Positions 37,402-43,382 of a DNA stretch of 43,382 nucleotides are shown piece by piece (positions within the stretch are counted from its first letter, which is position 1; each line of letters begins with the position of its first letter). Source of the DNA: a virus (taxonomy: Duplodnaviria > Caudoviricetes). The DNA is taken from IMG/VR virus record IMGVR_UViG_3300018080_005156, positions 1 to 43,382 of that record. One strand, written 5' to 3'. The position numbers were made by a program, and so were the translations under genes. Below the pieces are notes generated by a model that had not been told where the DNA came from, made no database searches, and saw only the letters and a program-made list of their open reading frames with translations.

Positions 37402-37902
37402 ATGAGAACTTTATACAGGACTTACAAACTGTTTCGTCGGGTATCACCAGACTTCAAGGGAAGGTTTAACACTTTCCTTGCTTATTTATGGTGCGAATAT
37501 TTTGTGCCCAATGTAGATGTATTCCTATTACCGGTTCGTGAAAACCTGCTAATTGAAGATATAGCCTACATTATAGTCAAAAAAGACAAAATTCGACGTG
37601 AGGTCGAGATACTCGATGTGTTTGTGTTGCCTATTTTTCGTCTACGTGGTTATGCCACAGATGGTATAAGAATGGTTATGCAAGCGTATGAAACAGAGGG
37701 ATTTTTGCGTGTAAATGTGATTATAAGGGAAGATGATACAAGAGCCCGTTCTCTGTTCTACAATTTGGGCTTTGAAATGGATCAAGCCCGTACCAACAAA
37801 CTCTTGTTAGAGGATATTGGTACTGAAAAACCTAACGAAGGTCATTGGTCCGGTAGTATTAGTTTCCCACAAAAAATTGCTTATTACACTCTATTAAACT
37901 AA
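37402..37902 (+). CDS. GNAT-family acetyltransferase
   Basis: ILDVFVLPIFRLRGYAT (motif A) and DTRARSLFYNLGFE (motif B); likely ATG 37402. Confidence 0.8.
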   Translation: MRTLYRTYKLFRRVSPDFKGRFNTFLAYLWCEYFVPNVDVFLLPVRENLLIEDIAYIIVKKDKIRREVEILDVFVLPIFRLRGYATDGIRMVMQAYETEGFLRVNVIIREDDTRARSLFYNLGFEMDQARTNKLLLEDIGTEKPNEGHWSGSISFPQKIAYYTLLN

Positions 37903-37938
37903 TTGTCTCTAGTCAAGAGGGGGAAAATATGAATTCGC

Positions 37939-38163
37939 ATGCAGGACGAGAAAAAAGGAGACAAAACCCAGCAACAATACTGGGAAACTATTCCTAAGAA
38001 ATATGACAGCCTTGAAAAATTCAAGCAGTTACCACCACGGGAACAGCTTGCAAGACTGTACTGGTATTTTATGGAACGTCAAAACAATGAAAAGATGTTT
38101 CTGCGTTGTGTTATTCGATATGGTCTAGAACCGTATTACATGCGGGATGCTAGGCTACTATAA
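37939..38163 (+). CDS. Hypothetical protein
   Basis: 74 aa ATG-start ORF. Confidence 0.6.
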   Translation: MQDEKKGDKTQQQYWETIPKKYDSLEKFKQLPPREQLARLYWYFMERQNNEKMFLRCVIRYGLEPYYMRDARLL

Positions 38164-38247
38164 GGATAGCATGCGCTAAGCAATAGGGTAGGGGTTATAG
38201 TTAATCCTTACCCTTACTACTTAACGCACAATCAAAAATGCTAACAA

Positions 38248-38511
38248 ATGTCGATATCTTGGTATATTTTATTTACCTTATCCTTGCTTTTGTCATTATT
38301 TACGGTATTGATATTATCAACCGTAATAATGTCGGAAAGTATTGAAATACGGAATTCTGCACCGGGTGATTTATATGTTATACAAATAGTCATTAAGAAG
38401 TATAAAGGCTATAAGACTATAAGTATAGCTATCTTACCCAATAAGTCTTCTAGAAAGAAACTCGGCTGGCCGAACTGGTTGAGATCTTTTGTTTTTTATT
38501 ATGAGCAGTAA
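38248..38511 (+). CDS. Hypothetical membrane protein
   Basis: N-terminal TM helix. Confidence 0.55.
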   Translation: MSISWYILFTLSLLLSLFTVLILSTVIMSESIEIRNSAPGDLYVIQIVIKKYKGYKTISIAILPNKSSRKKLGWPNWLRSFVFYYEQ

Positions 38512-38539
38512 CAACAAATTATAAAACTTTTAAGTCAAA

Positions 38540-40309
38540 ATGGAAACAAACAAAGTAAATGTTGAACTGTTAGATGTTGCGCTACGCTCATTTGAGTTTT
38601 TCAACGAACAAATCTTAAGAAAGTATGCAACAAATAACATTTTAATTGGGTCCGATCCTCATGCGGAAAAAGAAGCCGCACGAATACGAATGACTCAGTT
38701 ATATAAGTTTATCACTCATCAGGTTGATAATTTAACCGAAGATGAGAGGGAGGAGGTAATGAAAGATCTCGCTAGGCGAGCGGTCACACCTTCTCATGGA
38801 AATGGTAAACGCGACGACGTTACCCGCGAAGACTCGGCTACTGAGGCTGCTGAGAAAACGGAGAAAACAGACTCTAAGAGTAATTCCACATTAAAATCTC
38901 GAGACATTAAAAAAGTTATCAAAAAAACAGAAAAGGAGATAAATGATGAGGAGGCTCAAGAAACTGCGGAAACCCAACAAAAAGATGGGACAAGCTCGGA
39001 GAAAGAGAAATCTGAAAACGCACCTGAAAAAGGCCATTACACTCGAGCCGAAAGTTCCAAAGAAGGTGAAACACAAGAAATTGAAACTTTTGAAAACCGC
39101 TTGTCTGAAGAGAAAGATGAGCATGGTCGAGTAAAAATTCCCGCTTCAAGAATTATTGCCTTTGATGAGGAATTGAAAGGAATTCTTAAAAAGGGCAATG
39201 AAGAAAAAGGTGGAACAAGGACTGCAATGACAACCTGTCAGCAAAAAATTGGTGAGTTCTACCGTGGTTCAACTGAAGTTCAGCTGAGCGATGAGACCGG
39301 AAACCACAAACATAGGAATGTGTATATTTCCAATTTGCGTAAAATTATGCAGAATGAACGAGGCGAATTCAAGGCTCGTGTAAAAGACATTAAACGTAAA
39401 TTACGTGACAAAGTGGTTAAAACCGGTAAAGTGGTAACCCCCCAACTCGATGCCCAGTTGACCGCTCAAGCTAAAGCGGAAGCCGGCAGAATTATGGAAG
39501 AGAAAAAGAAAAAGTTGTTGGAAGAGGCTGAACAAATGGTCAAAGAGAAGAAGCTCAAAGAAATTCCCAAAAGTATCAGGGAAACTGCAGCAGAAGCTGA
39601 GGGAAAGCAAAATCAGTCCTCCAAGCCTGACGAAGGAAACGAGGCTGATGCAGAGACAGCAGGAAAACTTGCCAAAGACAAAACCTCATTAATCAAAGGA
39701 GATGGATTAGAGGGAATTGTACCGGACGCTGAATCCGTTGCTGATAAAGAAGAGAATGAAGAGGAAAAAAGTGACTTCGACAGAGCAGTCGAAAACGGGG
39801 CGAAAGAGCTAAAAGAGGAGCTTGAAAACCAAGGGAACGAGGAAAATGAGGTATCGGATGAAGAGGAAACTCCGGAAGAATTGCAGGAAGAGTATGCCGG
39901 TGAAAGTGAAGAGGACGAAGGTGAAGTTCAAGCAGACGGTAAGACTAAAGTTCTTACACCCGAGGAAATTCAAGCTGCTTCCGAAAAAAGTGATGTGGTA
40001 GTTCCTCCTATCCCCCCACCAGACGAAGATGAAGAAGAAGATGATAATGGGGGAAAATCTTTGGCTGAAATGACCTTTGAAACAGACAAAGAATTAGTGA
40101 TGGAACTTGAGAAGTATATCACCAAGAAAGGAAATCACTATGGTTTTCATGAATACAGAGACGAAGCGGTATTGGCAGTTGTTGTCCACTTTGGTGCTGA
40201 TAGTTGGGCTAAAAATAAAGGTTCGGTTCACAAGTGGTTGGACGAAGTGGTGAGCAATTACAACGCGCGAGTTCGTGCAGAGGAAAAAGCTGATAAAATA
40301 CCAGCATAA
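38540..40309 (+). CDS. Large Glu/Lys-rich, largely disordered/coiled-coil hypothetical protein
   Basis: 589 aa open frame, AAAATG start, low-complexity acidic tracts. Confidence 0.85.
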   Translation: METNKVNVELLDVALRSFEFFNEQILRKYATNNILIGSDPHAEKEAARIRMTQLYKFITHQVDNLTEDEREEVMKDLARRAVTPSHGNGKRDDVTREDSATEAAEKTEKTDSKSNSTLKSRDIKKVIKKTEKEINDEEAQETAETQQKDGTSSEKEKSENAPEKGHYTRAESSKEGETQEIETFENRLSEEKDEHGRVKIPASRIIAFDEELKGILKKGNEEKGGTRTAMTTCQQKIGEFYRGSTEVQLSDETGNHKHRNVYISNLRKIMQNERGEFKARVKDIKRKLRDKVVKTGKVVTPQLDAQLTAQAKAEAGRIMEEKKKKLLEEAEQMVKEKKLKEIPKSIRETAAEAEGKQNQSSKPDEGNEADAETAGKLAKDKTSLIKGDGLEGIVPDAESVADKEENEEEKSDFDRAVENGAKELKEELENQGNEENEVSDEEETPEELQEEYAGESEEDEGEVQADGKTKVLTPEEIQAASEKSDVVVPPIPPPDEDEEEDDNGGKSLAEMTFETDKELVMELEKYITKKGNHYGFHEYRDEAVLAVVVHFGADSWAKNKGSVHKWLDEVVSNYNARVRAEEKADKIPA

Positions 40310-40465
40310 GCGGTAAAGATATTCATCCCAGTTATCTAGAGAACTCAAATGAGACTTAAGGAAAAATTTGAGATGTTACCGGCTCAAATTCCCTTCTGTT
40401 GTCCTGGTGATGGCAAAGCTAGGTTAGACTATCTTGCAAATTTTCTCAACTTTGTCAGAATATAG

Positions 40466-40659
40466 TCAGTAATTTGGGGGGCCGTCCAACTAATAAGGCC
40501 GGATTACCGGAATAGTATTTCGCACCTAACGGTAGCGGACTTAAGCAGGTATGCCTGTTCATGCTGAAAAACACAGGGAACTGTTGTTAGTACAGTTATA
40601 ACTCTCGGGTTAGTATGCTATTTACCTGAAAAATGGTACATGAGGTTGGGGATAACTGG
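40466..40659 (+). ncRNA. Putative multibranched structured RNA (unknown family)
   Basis: Closing stems TCAGT/ACTGG and TCCAACT/GGTTGGG; internal CCGG-ATTA-CCGG, AATAGTAT/ATGCTATT, AGCAGG-TATG-CCTGTT, AACTGT/ACAGTT, TAACTC/GGGTTA. Confidence 0.55.
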
Positions 40660-40723
40660 GTTTGCTTTTTAATAAAATAATCACATTAATAATATATTAT
40701 GGGAAAGTTACGCAATCCCATGG

Positions 40724-41314
40724 ATGACAGTGAACATATTCCTAGGGAAAAGATGCGTCGTACTAAACCACGCAAAAATGCAAAGAACATACGTAGCAAA
40801 ATGCGTGAACATAACAGAAGAGTACAACGAAAATCAAAAGGACGAGGAAGATAGAGACATGTCAAAATTTGTTTCGCAAGAGAAGAAAATGAGCTCTGTA
40901 ATTAGAGCTTCAAAGGAGATAATTAATTTAAAATTATCTCTTGGAGAACTAAGAAAAGCGGTGGTTCGCTTGGAAAAAACCAACGTTGATGCTGTTATCA
41001 GGCTAAGAGTAATTGAGAATGAGGTACATGCGCGTATACTCGCTGTTCAAAATTACATAGCCGCGGTAATGAAAGATGTAACAGCTAATATTCCCTTTTT
41101 CCCAGCTATTACACACTTTACTCAGGTTGAATTAGATAATGGTTATGCAATAGTCGAAATATCAATGAGTGAAGATGGGCCAGAGTACTTTGATGATGAA
41201 GGCGATTTCGTAGAAAGATTTTTGCGGTATGCGATCATACTGCACAACGGTAAAACCATTCCATTTATTGCTGCGAATTCACAAGTCATACTCAATGAGG
41301 CACGACCTGTGTAA
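40724..41314 (+). CDS. Hypothetical protein (start uncertain, possibly 40859)
   Basis: 196 aa ORF with coiled-coil segment. Confidence 0.65.
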   Translation: MTVNIFLGKRCVVLNHAKMQRTYVAKCVNITEEYNENQKDEEDRDMSKFVSQEKKMSSVIRASKEIINLKLSLGELRKAVVRLEKTNVDAVIRLRVIENEVHARILAVQNYIAAVMKDVTANIPFFPAITHFTQVELDNGYAIVEISMSEDGPEYFDDEGDFVERFLRYAIILHNGKTIPFIAANSQVILNEARPV

Positions 41315-41322
41315 TATAAATT

Positions 41323-43026
41323 GGGCCCAGCGGGCAAGGTGACAGAGACCTACGCGGGGGTTTAAGACCCCCACCCGCACTATTGGTTCTCCCTTCGGGG
41401 GATGCTGAACTGTGGCGTTGTACACTACAGAGGACCCGCGTTAACCTAAGCAAAACCTGAATGAGGGGTTCAGTTCACTTTTGTTATAGATACCATCGGT
41501 AATAAGCTACATTTTCGCAATGTTAAACCCTTGGAGCCAGGAGTTGACAGAGGAAGGGCTAACTAGCTAGAAGGAAGGGGCCATGCGCAGTACGTGTACT
41601 GTAAATATGGATGTCTGGAAAACCAACCATGTAGGTCATTTTCAATAGACCCTGAACGGTTGGGGCGAGTGTTGCAGGCGTAACGTTTATAACGAATAGT
41701 GACGCGGCGATTGCAAGCAGTTCAAAAATTGCTGGAGGATGGGCACGTTATTAGTACTAACCCTTATATACAATTAGGTCACGGGGAGAGAGTGATTCAA
41801 ACCTGACATTTCCTCGTGTGGCGAAAGCAACGAGGTACAACATACGAGTGTACAAAAAGGTTGTTATAGGGGCCGATTGGGGACACATCCCTCATTAGGA
41901 TGTTTGCACTATAACGATTTATAAAGACTTTCATAAATAGCACTCTATTGGCTGATCGCTGACAGGTAACACCGTTGAGGCCATTAACCGTCCAAAGGGG
42001 AGCAGAAAATAAGACCCATTGTCATTATGAAAGCAGTAAAGTGTTAAAACAATCAATGTGGCTAGGGGAAACCGGTGTCAAAAACTGTGATCCTTAAAAA
42101 ATTGGACCTACACATTGACCAGCGTAAATGGGTAATTAAACTTAATCGTGAATGACGTAACGTGAAACTGCGTAAGGGGTATGTGCTCAAGGTGGAGAGA
42201 GCAGTTCGACCGGGGATAAACTCGTAAAGAGATCTATTCGTAATATAGATAGCTTCGGCTTATAAGTGAAAACCTTATTGTCTAGGTTGGATGTCATTAA
42301 TTTGCGTGCATAATTATGACTAAGTGCTTTTGTCAATATAATATTGGTTCGAATCCCACTACTCCGTCAGTGAATCAGTTATTCATAGCCTTGCTTTACG
42401 CGAAAGAAGTCCGTTGGTTTACATATCGTATCTGCAAAGGCAGATGGGTACTGCGTTGACGGTTATCCGCAGTGTGTGCTTATCAACTAAGCACCGTCCT
42501 TAAATACTATTTAATCTACGTGATATTACTTGGGTGAGCCAGCGAGCTTGCCTTCTGTCTAATCGGATTGCTCAGAGTTTTTGTGAAATCGGTTCGTTAA
42601 TTACAGATATTAACTAAAATGGAAACATTACCGAGCTGACGTGAAATCTCAGAGTAAGTAGCTAATACGTTGAGCCAAAGAGTAGTCATCAACAGGTTCG
42701 ATTCTTATAGTGGCAGAAAATATTGAAGTTGTCAAACTCGACCGGCTTGGGAGTAACAGTCGGCGATTTGTAGACGCCGACGTGTGTGTATTGTACGCGC
42801 ACGCAACCTTATGGGCTTAGGCTTCCATATAGCTAAGCGGACCATCAAAAGCGTAGAAAGGGATAGGTCGTGTAGTTGTGGAGATCTCAGTCACTTCAGT
42901 ATAATATCATTGCTTCCTAATTTGCGTGCATTGATAAAGTTGCAAGTTCATACCTGTGCAAAGGTATGTTTCTGAATACTAGAAAGGGTATTGATACGAC
43001 GACGCGCCCTTCTCTTCCAACCCGGT
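41323..43026 (+). ncRNA. ~1.7-kb non-coding array of structured RNA modules, including tRNA-like scaffolds
   Basis: No credible ORF; successive segments each closed by 7-12 bp terminal stems with G-U pairs on the + strand; GNRA/UUCG loops; T-loop motifs at about 41361, 42348 and 42697. Confidence 0.65.
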
Positions 43027-43049
43027 AATTAACAAAAAATTAAGTCAAA

Positions 43050-43364
43050 ATGATACACAATTGGATAAAAAAGATAGTAAGAACATTAGGTTCAATATTT
43101 GAAAGTCTGATACTTTTCCTACTTATAATTGTAGGGGTATTTATAGGTTTTACTATGATTTATGGAACCGGCTATAAAAAAGGACAGATTGATGCCATTG
43201 ATGGGAATTGGAAGTACGAGCGTATATATATGGTTCGTATAGAATGTCCAAAAAGTCGCAAAGATACATTAATCCCGGAAAAATGGTTATCTATACCCAG
43301 CGATACTATAATTAATCACTGGAATATAACTGGTTATGAAATTCAACACCGTAGAATTAAGTAA
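43050..43364 (+). CDS. Hypothetical membrane-anchored protein
   Basis: AAAATG start, TM helix followed by GYKKGQIDAIDG motif. Confidence 0.7.
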   Translation: MIHNWIKKIVRTLGSIFESLILFLLIIVGVFIGFTMIYGTGYKKGQIDAIDGNWKYERIYMVRIECPKSRKDTLIPEKWLSIPSDTIINHWNITGYEIQHRRIK

Positions 43365-43382
43365 AATGGATACTTCAGTGCG

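Larger units (their letters stand above)
1..43382. mobile_element. crAss-like (Crassvirales-type) bacteriophage genome fragment
   Basis: Gene order TerL-portal-acidic scaffold-MCP-three conserved structural genes, with upstream RepL-like, HU/IHF-like and GroES-like genes, matches the crAss-like capsid module. No cellular housekeeping genes. One strand switch near 29.3 kb. Confidence 0.92.

Noticed and set aside
42200-42345. Insert in the giant tRNA-like element as a group I intron
   Set aside because: Too short (~140 nt) and no recognisable P7 guanosine-binding core; left as an unexplained structured domain
42784-42975. 63-aa ORF inside the non-coding array
   Set aside because: Non-ATG start, atypical composition, lies within a strongly paired RNA domain

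Overview
The whole 43.4-kb window is a fragment of a crAss-like (Crassvirales-type) phage genome that most likely infects a Bacteroidota host and uses the standard genetic code. Positions 1-29.3 kb are a minus-strand late/virion block. From right to left it carries a GroES-like gene, small accessory genes, a CmcI-type methyltransferase, RepL/wHTH and HU/IHF-like genes, a glycosyltransferase, TerL, portal, scaffold, major capsid protein, the three conserved post-MCP crAss genes, two paralogous decoration-like genes flanking a glycosyltransferase plus methyltransferase pair, a BNR beta-propeller spike, and four consecutive fibre/LamG genes. All four of those begin with Bacteroidota-type Sec signal peptides that have Gln at +1. 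A repeated ECF-sigma-like promoter (TGTAACC-N12/13-TTACGTAT) occurs four times on this strand. Positions 29.4-43.4 kb are a plus-strand accessory region of small ORFs (JAB/RadC, GNAT, lipoproteins) interleaved with many strongly base-paired non-coding segments. The most striking features are: (i) a circularly permuted, two-piece, minimal tmRNA (tag GDNGYNRALGRSLDWAA) whose ~317-nt intervening segment contains a tRNA-like gene; (ii) a ~1.7-kb non-coding array of folded RNA modules, including tRNA scaffolds with large multibranched inserts in place of the anticodon arm; (iii) signal-peptide-bearing tail fibre/lectin proteins; and (iv) a putative virion glycosylation/methylation set. All protein assignments come from motif recognition and gene order, and all RNA structures were paired by eye. 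No database search or folding program was run.
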